A stretch of 63,500 nt of DNA, filler included, from Octopus bimaculoides (GCF_001194135.2; 8 parts of 7 records of this genome joined end to end with filler, not necessarily neighbours in it), one strand, 5' to 3'; numbered from the whole stretch's first letter, positions 1 through 11,595 are shown. Notes: generated by a model not told the origin, from the letters alone. Made by a program: numbers and translations.

Positions 1-70
<70 letters not shown>
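1..70. repeat. (GT)n microsatellite
   Basis: Pure GT dinucleotide run at the window start. Confidence 0.98.
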
Positions 71-76
<6 letters not shown>

Positions 77-177
77 GTATGGATATCATTGCATTTGTAG
101 ATCCCATTACATGCTTGTAATAGGTATGACAGTTGTCATAGAGACTTTAGTCTCTCTCTATCACCTTTCAACATAAT

Positions 178-1284
178 TGTAGTGAAACTACCTATCGTCA
201 TTAGATACAAAACTGCTATCGCCAATCTTCTCATTTAAATATAAATAAGCGCGAGCGTAGCGGAGAACCCACTCCTTGTCATCACGTGACTGATTATTAT
301 TCGAATCGGCAACTTCTTCGAACCGTTCCCGCCAGAACGCAAACTGACCAATCACGGCCCCTAATAAGGTCACGTGATAGTGTTTTTCTGCTACCGTCTT
401 GGAGCCGATAATTCGCTATAAATAGATCAACTCATACCCAACAAATTTGTTTCGGTCCAGATCTGTTCCGTGTACCACACGACAGCAGCAGCAGCGGCAA
501 CCAGCGACCACTTCAACAGCTTCGTCCAGCCAACGATGACCACCGCCGTCGCCACATCAGCAACACGAGTCTACGACTATTAACCAGCATCATCGTCATG
601 ACCAACACGATTACTACCAGGCAGCCTCTTCACCACCAGCGTCTACACGACTTTCTATGTACACCAAACTAAACCACCGCAGCACATCTCTCTCTCTTCG
701 ATTCTGTTAGGTGACTCAGCTTCACCACGATAAATAAACAGACAAGAATTTCAGCCAGCGACGAACATCTGTATAACAAGAATCACGGCCCGGCATCGAT
801 TCCACAACATCACAACTAGTGATCAGCTATGCCACACACAGCCTCAACTACTCTCACATACAGACTCATACTATTGTGTACGCAAGAACTGGTATAAATG
901 CTCACGTGTTACTGACTCTTTCTATCTGATGTAATAACTCACATACACACACATGTATCACTCACATACATACTTTTCCTTGTACGACGGCCTGTCTTTG
1001 ATTATGTTCTTATATGTCGCATTCACACTCTCATATACACATACACCTTTAATGCCATAATAAATACCTCTGTTATTCATCTTATACGGTTGCCTTCTAT
1101 CGTCTCTTCATTACTGGTATTTACGAATTCACTAATGTTATCGAAGTATAACATTATTTTGTATATCATTCTTTGATATATTATTTTGTGTTCGACCGTG
1201 TGACGCGTTTAAATAAAAGGAGTCCTCTGTTTTTCCATTCGTCACCATTTCTCCTTTTATGAGTTCGCACGGTCGTTCCTTACA
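178..1284 (+). mobile_element. Putative solo LTR
   Basis: Starts TGTA (178) and ends TACA (1284), flanked by TAAT on both sides (174-177, 1285-1288). Contains CACGTG x2 (283, 371), CCAAT (348), TATAAATAG (417-425) and AATAAA (1212). Alternative ends are ~1134 (TTCACTA, inverse of TAGTGAA) or 1322. Confidence 0.45.
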
Positions 1285-1665
1285 TAATTATAAATGAAGA
1301 GACATTAGAACAATTAACAACATAATAAAAAGGTTTATTTATGATGATACTTGGTTATACAATTCCTGTCATTCTGCTTAGCCGCCGCTGATTAAATTGT
1401 AGTTTGATAATGGAAGGTTAAGGTCTTCCTTGATGCCTGACAGAGAAGCAAGTAGCTATCACATCGATAGCATCATGGTGAAAAGTGCTTCATGGAGGAG
1501 CGAGGTGTTGTCATGTAGAAGGTCTGCGCTCAACTCACCGAGATAATGAAAGTAACTGCTTAAGTACGAGTTTTACTACGCATGCGCAACTCGAGGGGCT
1601 TCCGGTGGTGAAGTCCCCTGCACATGCGCAGAATAGTACTTCCTCAATGGCGGCTATAATTTCGC

Positions 1666-2601
1666 GGATCTTTGTGATTTGACGGGCAACACTTGTTTTC
1701 TTAACGAAACACTTTCAAACTTGGGACACTGGTAGAATGTGTCATACAAAACAACTTTTTCTCTTAGCCTTCTTNNNNNNNNNNNNNNNNNNNNNNNNNN
1801 NNNNNNNNNNNNNNNNNNNNNNNNNNNNNNNNNNNNNNNNNNNNNNNNNNNNNNNNNNNNNNNNNNNNNNNNNNNNNNNNNNNNNNNNNNNNNNNNNNNN
1901 NNNNNNNNNNNNNNNNNNNNNNNNNNNNNNNNNNNNNNNNNNNNNNNNNNNNNNNNNNNNNNNNNNNNNNNNNNNNNNNNNNNNNNNNNNNNNNNNNNNN
2001 NNNNNNNNNNNNNNNNNNNNNNNNNNNNNNNNNNNNNNNNNNNNNNNNNNNNNNNNNNNNNNNNNNNNNNNNNNNNNNNNNNNNNNNNNNNNNNNNNNNN
2101 NNNNNNNNNNNNNNNNNNNNNNNNNNNNNNNNNNNNNNNNNNNNNNNNNNNNNNNNNNNNNNNNNNNNNNNNNNNNNNNNNNNNNNNNNNNNNNNNNNNN
2201 NNNNNNNNNNNNNNNNNNNNNNNNNNNNNNNNNNNNNNNNNNNNNNNNNNNNGAGGTGCATTAATAATTCTGGTAGCTCCAATAACAAGTGCAGGCAATA
2301 TTCAAGTATTTTGATGGCTTTTTCCCCTTTGTTTACGAACAGTCTAGTTAATCGGAAATGTCAGAACTAACGGGGATTAATACCATATACACCGTCACAG
2401 CAGTTACTGTATTCAACTGAATAGACGTCAGTGATTAGTTGAAATTATCGAAATAAGAAAATTTTTAACGTGAAATAACTTCGAATACAAAATTTATTAT
2501 CTGTTCTATACCACAAAATATACAAGTATACAAAGTTTGAAAGTGTTTCGGTACCAAAAACACTACATAAAAAAATGTTGCCCGTCAAATCACAAAGGTC
2601 C
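1666..2601. mobile_element. TIR DNA transposon with GG termini and 8-bp TSD (Merlin/IS1595-like); centre lies in an N gap
   Basis: 26-bp TIRs GGA(T/C)CTTTGTGATTTGACGGGCAACA at 1666-1691 and 2576-2601 (1 mismatch). Subterminal 18-bp inverted repeat CGAAACACTTTCAAACTT (1705-1722 / 2533-2550). Exact TSD AATTTCGC at 1658-1665 and 2602-2609. Confidence 0.8.
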
Positions 2602-2611
2602 AATTTCGCGC

Positions 2612-4890
2612 TACTACATGCTAAACTTCTTGAATGTTTTGTATATTATGTGATTACTTTAACTGTAATCCTGTGATTAGGCGTGTTGTTTCTGATTTTG
2701 TCAACCTCAGTTTCTCAGGGTTGGTACTTGAAGCAGTAAATCACATATCCAAGTGCTCTAATAATCATTGGTAAAATCTAAAGTTAAAAGCTGGATGAAA
2801 TGCCTGCGAGTCTGGTGTAAAGTTAAAACGTGGATGAAATTCCTACCAAGTCTGGTGTAAATTTTTTTTTTTTTTACTTTAATATTATGTTGACATATGC
2901 TGGTGAGCAACTGATCATTATGTCTAGTTGGTTGGGCTTGTGTTTTATTGAAGTCTTACGGAGACATCTCACAGGTATTCATTCGAATTATGGCCTCCAC
3001 ATCATCGTAGCATCCAATATTTGTCTTCTCAGGATTATCGTTTCTATGAATTTTATTATATAATATTCTAACCTTAAGTGAATAATTAAACATAATCTTA
3101 ATAAAAAACCAAAATTCCATCAAATAAATAAATTAACAGGTGATGGTAAATCAATCAACTCCCCATTTACAATTTGCAAAACAGGATGACTTTTCCGTAA
3201 TGAACTAAACATACTTATATTTATGCCTGATAAATATATTTATGCCTTATATGCCTGATAGATAAGTAATACTGTGAATACATTTTCGGGCAGCTACTTA
3301 TGATATGACATCGCCAACTTTAATTTCACAAAATCTGCAATGGTTGTCGCATCCTTATTCCTTTTTGCATCAGCTATTTTGTGACTATTTCCTGCTTCCT
3401 AAGTGTATCCTTCAGAGTGAAAGCTAACATCCTGGTTGCTAATCCAGGATAGACTACTCTGGTTGTCAATATTGCTGTCACTTTGAAACCTTCTGGGAAT
3501 ATAGCCGTGCATGACCTTTTGCTGGTATGTAACAGCCTCTCTCCCGATAACTCGCTGCAGTGAAGTTGTGCAAGTTCTCTGCGTGTATAACGTAGTCCAT
3601 CAGTTAGTAAATACTTTCTGAGAAGCTCTTTTCCAACGCTCATGATGTTATTGGCCTCACATATGCAAGCTTAATCCATTAGTGAGCTTGGATATTTGGT
3701 TGGTAGATGTTGTCGAAGGGTATGATACGATATTCAAAGGCTGTTTGAATCGATATTAAGTTTCTGCCGCCTTGTTTTCATTTTAAATTAATGCAGTCTA
3801 TATAACTGTTAATGCAAAAATTCCTGGCACTGTTCAACAATTTTCGGGTTTTAATACCAATAACACGGATCTCATCCAGCGTCCACTCGAGTAGTTCAAA
3901 TGTGAATATATATATAATCTAGATATGGAAGCGCCAATACATACTTCTATTGTTTTCAAGTACCGAAATTATTACATATCTATACTTCATAGAGTTAGAA
4001 TTGAACATGAGAAGGTTCTTTTTTTAATACTAGTCTCTGTCTTAAACATTACGCCTCTGTCTGATAAAGAACCTACTGACACGCGGTGTAAAAACTAAAC
4101 TAAAAAAAAGGAAGAATTCAGAGTTAATATAAAGATTACTGGAAAAGTCTCGATTTTGCAACGCGAGTCAACATTTAGGGGTCATGACTTTGGTAACTTT
4201 TGAAGTTGATACCAGTATCATTTGGACAGTGCTGATAGAATATTTTCCACATCGTACAAATGATTTAGCACTCACGACAGCGCTGGAGAGAATAAAGTTT
4301 GTACCTTTTGAAGCCATTTCGAATAGTTAAGGCTTATCATGCCATTTATTTCTCTTTTTCTTTTTTGTGATCAGTCTTTGAGGTGCTTCAGTTCTCATAA
4401 TGTTTTGTTTTGTGTAAGGCAACTCACAGTGGGTAGCAATATTCGGAGTAATATTTGGCAAAATAGAGAAGAGGGTGAGATCAGGATCTCTGGAGTGGAA
4501 AGTTCTAAGGATCCATAATGACATTCTGCAGCCCATATTAAATTTATCGTTAATGTATGCCTTTGATATTATTTGACGCTTCGAGGAGCTCAGCCAAAGG
4601 AAGAGGATATTGCTGTTTCGGTATATTTTCTTTTCCATAATAGATGAGCTCGAATTTTTCCTCTTTTACCAGCAGGATTTTCCCCACCTATCAAATTACA
4701 GCCGATAGATCGAATTAGAGTGATAACTTCTGGAACTTATATCCATCGACAAATATTTTATTTTACTATGTTCGATGGCATTTCCAATATTATTTATATA
4801 AAAATAATAAACAGAAGTTGGTTTAACACAGTTCCCCGGAGTCCGCATTAATGACCTTTGCTGATCTTCGGTAAATTCCATATGTTGGGT
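2612..4890 (-). mobile_element. Decayed R4/Dong-like RLE non-LTR retrotransposon (RT, CCHC knuckle, RLE)
   Basis: Minus-strand frameshifted translations give RT thumb 'LEWTLDEIRVIGIKTRKLL...GGRNLISI', then 'QKVMHGYIPR..IDNQSSLSWI', the CCHC knuckle 'CRFC....HIISSCPKMYSQYYLSIRH' and C-terminal 'PMIIRALGYV'. Confidence 0.8.
2779..2857. repeat. 39/40-bp tandem duplication inside the LINE fragment
   Basis: TAAAGTTAAAAGCTGGATGAAATGCCTGCGAGTCTGGTG followed by a diverged second copy. Confidence 0.85.
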
Positions 4891-4899
4891 TCTGTTTGT

Positions 4900-5270
4900 C
4901 AGGAAGCATTTTTATATCCCTGCAGTGGCTTACTGCGGATTCCGATGTTGAATCTAGAACTCCGAATAATCCTGAAGTTCTATAGGACCCTCCAGCGGCT
5001 ATCTACAAGTACGTGGTCAATCTCCTTTACCACACAACCCCTATTGGAATACCAAATCCAGTGATGCAGCTCAAGACGTTGGTACCAGGAGCACTTTCGA
5101 GTCTTTTATCGGACCCAAAAGGGCCGACAACGCTCTCATATCGCGTTCTGTCAACCCCAGTAGATGCATTAAAATCTCCCATCACCGAGGACGTGTCCCA
5201 GTTAGGGATAATCCCCATGATAGAGCACAGTTGGGCATAGAATCATCCCCCATGGTAGACCTGAGATCAA
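4900..5270 (-). mobile_element. RTE-clade LINE AP-endonuclease fragment
   Basis: 'VMGDFNASTGVDRTRYESVVGPFG' and 'EIDHVLVDSRWR' are APE motifs of RTE ORF2; stops and frameshifts present. Confidence 0.85.
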
Positions 5271-5284
5271 GGTGGCTAATGCAG

Positions 5285-6085
5285 TAGGAAACTGTTGTGG
5301 AAGCGGATACATCTCAAACTACGCGAGTTAGCAGCAAGGTTTGATGTCTCGATTCCAGCTGTATTGGACCATCTGAAACAAATCAGCAAGGTAAAGAAGC
5401 TGGACAAGTGGGTACCACAGGAACTGAACGAACATCAAATGACACGTCGTCTTAAAACTTTCTGTTCTTTGCTGTCACGGCATAAAAGCTAACCATTTTG
5501 TATCGTATTGTTACGTACGAGGAAAAATGGATTCTTTTCAACAATAGCAAGCGTTCTGCACAGCGGTTGAATAGAGATGAAGTGCCAAAACACAATCCAA
5601 AAAAGAATATTCACCAAAAAAAAAAAGCTAATGGTGTCTATTTGGTGGTCCGGCGCTGAAGTCACCCATTACAGCTTTATGAGACCTTGTAAGTCAATTA
5701 CAGTGGATGTGTACATCAACCAATGGGATGAAATGATGAATGAATTTGCAATTAAACAACCGAGATTGGTCAATAGAGACAGGCCAGTTCTCTTGCAAGA
5801 CAATGTACGACCACATGTTGCACAAAGAATGCTACTCAAGTTACAGGAACTGAAGTTGAAAGTACTCTGTCATCCACCATATTCACCTGACCTTGCACCA
5901 ATTGACTATCACATTTCCAGGTATTACACAACTTTTTGTAAAGAAAAAAATTCAAATCTGAAGATGCAAAAACAGCCTTTCCTGATTTCATCACCTCTTG
6001 CTCTCCAGAATTCTTCGCTGCTGGCATAAATAAGCAACCGATAAAATGGCAAAATTGGTTTGATAACTTAGGTACATACTTTGAT
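5285..6085 (+). mobile_element. mariner transposase pseudogene (5'-truncated)
   Basis: 'KKLDKWVPQEL', 'LLQDNVRPH' and 'HPPYSPDLAPIDY' are diagnostic mariner DD34D motifs; split by frameshifts. Confidence 0.95.
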
Positions 6086-6094
6086 TAACTGCAT

Positions 6095-6949
6095 TGCTGT
6101 TTGTTGAGACAAAGGAAAATAAATCGGACATTTCATTCTTATCGGGAAGATTTGAGAAACTGTCTCCCACCTCTTGTCTTCCCTCTATAAGATTTTATAA
6201 ACGTTATAGTCAGCAGACTGTCGAAACATTTCAACGACCAACAGTCAAGGGAGCAAGCAGATTTTCGGATGAACCAAAGCACAGCAGACGACATATTCAT
6301 TTAGTTTCTTGAACGAGCGGAAGAATATCAGTTGTTTCTTCGCGTCGTCTTCGTTTATAACGAAAGACCTTTGTGTTGAAGTGATTTTGCAGTGTTGAAG
6401 TCTCTAGATGCAAGGATACAATGCTCAATTCATCAAACTTCTCAAAGAGGTGAACTCGGAATGTACCACTGATATTGCATTATTTCCACCACCCTTAAGA
6501 GTTTCGGCCAGAGGGGGCGTCAAACAAGAAGATAACTCTTCACCGCATGTCTGGAAATTGTCATCAGAGACATTAAATGGAAAGGTGTCAGGCAAGCTAC
6601 TAACACACTTCCGTTCCGCAGACGACATATTGCTTATCGCAAAAACTTCAAATCGGCTGTAGACCATGCTAACAAAACTGGACACCCAGAGTTCAGCAGT
6701 TGCCTCAAAATATACTGCATGAAAAGAAAATATATGTGGTTTGAAATGTAACAAAAAACCAAATAGTTGTGATGAAATTGAAGAAATGAAAGAGTATGTT
6801 TATTTGAGACAGACAGTAAACATATGCTGGAGACGTAGAAGGTAAAATCTCCTGCAGAGTAAGAGCGGAACGGAAAGTTTTTGCTTCGATTAAAGATGTG
6901 CTCAAAATGATGCTGAACAAGACCCTTCGTGCCAATCTCTGCAACACAC
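6095..6949 (+). mobile_element. RTE-clade LINE reverse transcriptase fragment (5' part)
   Basis: 'GGVKQEDNSSP' (GVRQGD..SP-like) and 'LTHFRSADDILL' (RFADD-like); degenerate. Confidence 0.85.
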
Positions 6950-7474
6950 CAACGCAAGATAAACCCTAAAGCAAAATAAGCACGTGCTTCGGGCATCGAG
7001 GGAAGTGTGGGCACAACAGAAATTGTAAATAGTTTACGGTACATTAGAATTCGTTTTAAACTTGCTAAAATAAACATTATTGAATGTACCTTTCCAAATG
7101 TAGACATTACTTTTCGTATATTTTTAACATTAATGGTCACAAATTGCTCAGTTTAGAGTTCATTTTCTCAGTTGAAGTATATTAAAAATCTCATCAAAAC
7201 AACCATGCAACAAGGTAGGCTGGATGCTTTATTTTTACTAAGAAGAGAACCAGATGCGTTACGTAAGATTAATTTTGAAGATCTATTCTAAGACTTCGCA
7301 ATTAAAGAAAGCTGGAGAAAACTTTTCAAATATAAATAAAGTGGAAGTATACAAAAATAAACATTCTTTTTCATTTTGAAAAATAAAATTGTATTTTATG
7401 GTTTATTATTGTATATATTCTGGATTACATATATGTGGTGGCACTAAAACCTTTTAAGTGCATAATCCGGCCTG
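6950..7474 (+). mobile_element. Internally deleted hAT element inserted into the RTE
   Basis: 'FPNVDITFRIFLTLMVTNCS..SSFSQLKYIKN...TMQQGRLDALFLL' matches the hAT C-terminal dimerisation domain. The 3' end is ...ATCCGGCCTG. The TSD is imperfect: AACACAC (6943-6949) vs AACAGCAC (7475-7482). Confidence 0.75.
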
Positions 7475-7895
7475 AACAGCACCGCCTCACTTCCTATAAA
7501 CAAGTGAGACATGGACTACTATGAAGAAGGAAGAACAATGACTGGCAACGAAACAGAGCGCTATGGAAAGATCCATGCAATATTGTTGCAGGAGCATATT
7601 CGAATCGAGGTAATTGGAGAAAGGAGTGTTGTGAACGATGTGATCGTAGAATACAGAAAGTACACGTTTCGCAAAGCTGGACATATAAGACAGCATGTGG
7701 ACTCGCATAGTCATCAAGTGGTATCCAAAAAATCAGAAGAGACCACTGGGAAGAACTTTAAGACGATGCGAAAATGACATAGTCAAAGATGTAAAGCCCA
7801 AATCGGAGAGAAGGACGCAATCAAAAGAAGAAAGGAAACTCATTGTGACAAGCGATGTACAAGAATATCTGGTGATCAGCTCGATAGAGCGATAG
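7475..7895 (+). mobile_element. RTE-clade LINE 3' part (continuation after the hAT insertion)
   Basis: 'ETWT..KKEEQ..ATKQSAMERSM', 'AGHI' and 'KWYPKNQKRPLGR' match the RTE ORF2 C-terminus. Confidence 0.8.
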
Positions 7896-8329
7896 AAAGT
7901 TATGTATGTATACATATATATTCTATTCTTTTCCTTTTTTATCCTATATGAATATATATGCATGGATGGGACAATATACCCTATCTATTTCACATAGTAA
8001 AGTGAACCCAGTTTAATATTCACGACTTACCCCTAAAATCAGCATCAATCTAATTTAAATTTCTCCTTCTTTCCCCCTCTCCTTTTCTTTATTCTTGATA
8101 ACTTTAGACAATTACCCACTCTCAATTTTTTTACTTTTCCTTCTTTTCTATTAACGATCATTTTATTTCTTCATACATGTTTTTGCATTTTGTTTTTCAC
8201 TCCGTTCTTCCACCTTCACCATTTTAAATTATATCTCCGGCGAGTTAACATGAGATTCCTTAACGATAATGTAACCTTCATATAACTAAGGTGACTACCA
8301 GTAATAACTCCGCTTACAAAAACGGAAAA

Positions 8330-8722
8330 CATAATATAACATGTAACTTCAGACGGAAAAAGGACTGAAGGTTTAACAATTGCATGATAAAGAATGTGGT
8401 TTACAAATGTGAGTGGAATGTGGGTACACAGAAATATGTGTACATTGGTAGTACCAGAGATACCATGAAAAATCGTCTGTGCAGCCATCTTACGTCATTT
8501 TCCCATGCAAAAAAAAAGGCTCTTCACATCACTATCTAACCTCATCTGGAGGTTGAAATAGAGTGGAGTGGAGCATACGACCCACTGGTCTATAATAAAA
8601 AGTGCTATATCATACAATAGAACATCGCAGGTGTGCAACTTATTTCTAGAGGAAACCTTGGAGATCATCATATCCAGAGAAAACATAATTAATAGACACT
8701 CCGAAGTTATTATACCATGTAG
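8330..8722 (+). mobile_element. Penelope-like element GIY-YIG endonuclease fragment
   Basis: 'KNVVYKC....KYVYIGSTRDTMKNRLCSHLTSF' followed by 'WSIIKSAISYNRTSQVCNLFLEE...INRHSEV..CR', the PLE GIY-YIG layout. Confidence 0.85.
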
Positions 8723-8726
8723 GATC

Positions 8727-8870
8727 GCCCGTTCTGAGTTCAAATTCAGACTTTGCCTTTCATCCTTTCGAGGTCGATAAATTAAGTACCAGTGAAACAC
8801 TGGGGTCGATTATAATCCACTAGTCCCCTCCCCGGAAATTTCAGGCCTTGTGCCTTTAGCAGAAAGGATT
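8727..8870 (+). mobile_element. SINE S3 (Deu/Nin-like central domain), 5'-truncated
   Basis: GCCTTTCATCCTTTCGAGGTCGATAAATTAAGTACCAG core, present in more than 10 copies in the window. Domain name is from recall of published SINE domains. Confidence 0.85.
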
Positions 8871-8959
8871 ATTATTATTATTGTTGTTGTTGTTGCTATT
8901 TTCTCTTTATCACAGGTTTTGTTGAAGCGTACGGTACCACGGTACCATGCTATTTGTTC

Positions 8960-9945
8960 TTTTCAACTATCTATTACTTTCCTGATTATTCTGGCCGTGC
9001 CAGGGAGGCAAACCTTTTGTAACAATTCTGCTGGGCACTCTATTCCAGTCTCCTTTATATATGCCTTCTGATACTGTTCCCAAGGACCCAACAATAATTG
9101 ACACTATCTTGACCTTCATTTTCCATAGCCGGGCTATTTCGTACTTTAGAGTTGTATTTATCAATCTTTTTGCTTTCCTTCTTGACTATTCGTGGGTCAA
9201 AGGGGCATGCAACGTCAACTATATAGCATATGTGGCGCACCTTGTCCACCACCACTAGGTCCGGTCTGTTATGCTCAAGCACATGATCTGTTTGGATTGG
9301 GAAATCCCAGAGGATTTTGCTAGTCTCCGACTCTGCCACTCTCTGTGGTTTGTGCTTACACCACGTCTTGCCTCTCTCTAGCCCCTACTTTTCGCAGTTT
9401 CCAGTGTAGCACTTTCGCTACTTGGTCGTGTCACCACAACTTGTAGAGGTTTGGGACAAGTCTAGGGCATTCGTTCGTGATATGGGCAATGGTTTCATCC
9501 ACTCTAATGCAGATGCAGCACAGCGAAGGCACTTGCTCATTCCTCAGGTTGACCCTCCAGTTCGTGGTCAGAGCTTGGTCTTGCGCTGCCAGTACAGTGC
9601 TCTCGGTCTCTTTTTTTAGGGTTCCTTTCATCAGCCAATCGCACCAATTTTTTCCAGCAACTTTTGTTGTGGTTACATAGAATTGATTGGGTTGTCCCTT
9701 CTTGCGTAATTTGTCTTCGTGTCCTTTTTGTACTTTGTACAATGTTTTTGTCCTTTGTTTTCCTTTTCTCTCTGCTCTCAATACTTCCTCGTTCCTAATT
9801 GTCATTAGCAAGGTTTCCTTACTTAAGGCTAGTTATCTCATTAAACTCTCGAGTTCGATACATACGCAGTCTTCCACACTTATCAGTTTTCCTCCCCCAT
9901 TTGCTCTCTTCATGTCCTTAGGACAGTCTTGAAAGAACTGAAAGA
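8960..9945 (-). mobile_element. R4/Dong-like RLE LINE 3' region
   Basis: 'WLMKGTLKKETESTVLAAQDQAL', 'CCIC...ETIAHITNECP' and 'LWDFPIQTD....NRPDLVVVDK....IVDVACP' (PD-D endonuclease). Confidence 0.92.
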
Positions 9946-10122
9946 TGGACGATGGTCACGTGTGAGTAACGAGAGAGAGAGAAAAGGAGAAAGAGGGGGA
10001 GAGAGACAGACAGATAGAAAACGGTGAAGGGGAGAAAAGGGGAATTAGAGAAAAGAATGCGAGAGAAAACGATGGGGGAGAAAACAGTTGCATCAAAAAG
10101 ATTAAGATAAACTTACTTGGAA

Positions 10123-10222
10123 NNNNNNNNNNNNNNNNNNNNNNNNNNNNNNNNNNNNNNNNNNNNTTAATTAATTAANNNNNNNNNNNNNNNNNNNNNN
10201 NNNNNNNNNNNNNNNNNNNNNN
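10123..10222. other. Assembly gap marker (44 N + TTAATTAATTAA + 44 N); also at 16231, 36532, 39468, 43111, 49046, 62341
   Basis: An identical 12-mer with stops in all six frames sits centred in 100-base N blocks, seven times. Confidence 0.95.
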
Positions 10223-10442
10223 AATAAAAAAATATTCAGACAAATACATAACAAAAACACCAGGACTTACAAATATATATAACATACAGAAAATTGCACT
10301 ACTGGGTACTGCACACATTCTACGCAAAACACTTTCAATACAGTAAACATAAGAGCACCACAGCAAACCACAGCACATACCTAAGGCGCACAGAGCTGCA
10401 CTCGGTAGTGAAGTGAAAGCACGTTATAAAAATAAAACTACT
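10223..10442 (+). mobile_element. R4/Dong-like LINE 3' end (family 1) followed by (AAT)n
   Basis: Encodes 'IQKIALLGTAHILRKTLSIQ*' plus a 3' UTR nearly identical to 12380-12580. Confidence 0.9.
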
Positions 10443-10468
10443 GAATAATAATAATAATAATAATAATA

Positions 10469-10509
<41 letters not shown>

Positions 10510-10527
10510 AATAATGATAATAATAAC

Positions 10528-11089
10528 AAATGCCTTGATGCAGTACCAGGCAGTGGCTCTCATGGCTTCTGATCTTAAAACTGATTGGAAATGTTATCAT
10601 GTACACTGTTATGTCTTGGTATAAAAAGATGGGCTACAGCAAATATTCTGCTCGAAACCACAGATGTTTTTGTCAGTTGTTTGACCTTAACCAGTTGAGC
10701 ATGTCCCTTGGTGGCTTACAATATGTGCATCTCCGATCAGGAGCAGAAGTAGTGAGGGAGCATCATAGCCATATGTTGAGAGGAATTCTTTTTAGGTTTG
10801 GATAATCCACCTTTAGAAACATGGGTGTCTTGTTCATCATTCTCAAATAAGACTTATGCAGGGATCTTTTAAGTGGGATGGACAACTCGACTTGAAGAAA
10901 ATTCTAAGTGGTCTCCACCTGCAAGGTCACGCGCTGTTTATCTTGATATGAGATCACCATGTCGCGCACATATGGTTGTGATGCATGTGCCTGGGGTGCC
11001 CTTATCAGACGAGTAGTCATGATGGGTATATTGGGCTTCGTATATTTTACCCCAGTGTCACTTTGATGACATGCACTGCTCTCTTACTC
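10528..11089. mobile_element. ~560-bp non-coding interspersed element embedded in (AAT)n
   Basis: Complex sequence bracketed by AAT repeats; no tRNA head and no recognisable ORF. Recalled as an abundant octopus repeat (not verified). Confidence 0.55.
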
Positions 11090-11140
<51 letters not shown>

Positions 11141-11263
11141 NNNNNNNNNNNNNNNNNNNNNNNNNNNNNNNNNNNNNNNNNNNNNNNNNNNNNNNNNNNN
11201 NNNNNNNNNNNNNNNNNNNNNNNNNNNNNNNNNNNNNNNNNNNNNNNNNNNNNNNNNNNNNNN

Positions 11264-11575
11264 AAACGGGCTGATTACTACCTAGTTCAGATACCAGGAA
11301 ACCCCAAAATGGCTGAAGTTCAAAAGATAGTGCTCATGGGAACTGCCCATATCCTACGTAAAATACTGTCTATGTGATCTCAAATTTTAAAGCAAACACA
11401 TAATTTTCTTATGGTTTCTTAAACATTCACTTGAACAAAACTGTACAAATCCAAATATATGGCACCCTAGGCATAACATCAACATGAACTTCTAACTTGT
11501 TGTCTCTTGAGGTCTCTGGGTGAGACTTGGATCCAACTTGTACACATGCAAAACAAAAGTCAAACATAAAATAAT
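11264..11575 (+). mobile_element. R4/Dong-like LINE 3' end (family 2, copy a)
   Basis: 'VQKIVLMGTAHILRKILSM*' plus 3' UTR and (AAT)n tail. Confidence 0.88.
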
Positions 11576-11595
11576 AATAATAATAATAATGAATG

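Noticed and set aside
188-373. Minus ORF with a faint gag-like look (FWRERFEEVA)
   Set aside because: Only 61 aa, antisense to the LTR promoter motifs, no further gag/pol nearby.
2612-5270. APE fragment directly upstream of RT-RLE on the same strand (Dualen-like dual endonuclease?)
   Set aside because: The APE is RTE-type, the RT/RLE is R4-type, and the expected linker is missing; adjacent independent fragments.
10167-10178. TTAATTAATTAA islands inside N runs (7 occurrences)
   Set aside because: Always centred in 44N+12+44N blocks: a scaffolding linker with six-frame stops, not biology.
10985-11089. Possible HDV-like ribozyme at the end of the 560-bp element
   Set aside because: Manual folding gave nested hairpins, not the P1-P2-P3-P1.1-P4 double pseudoknot.
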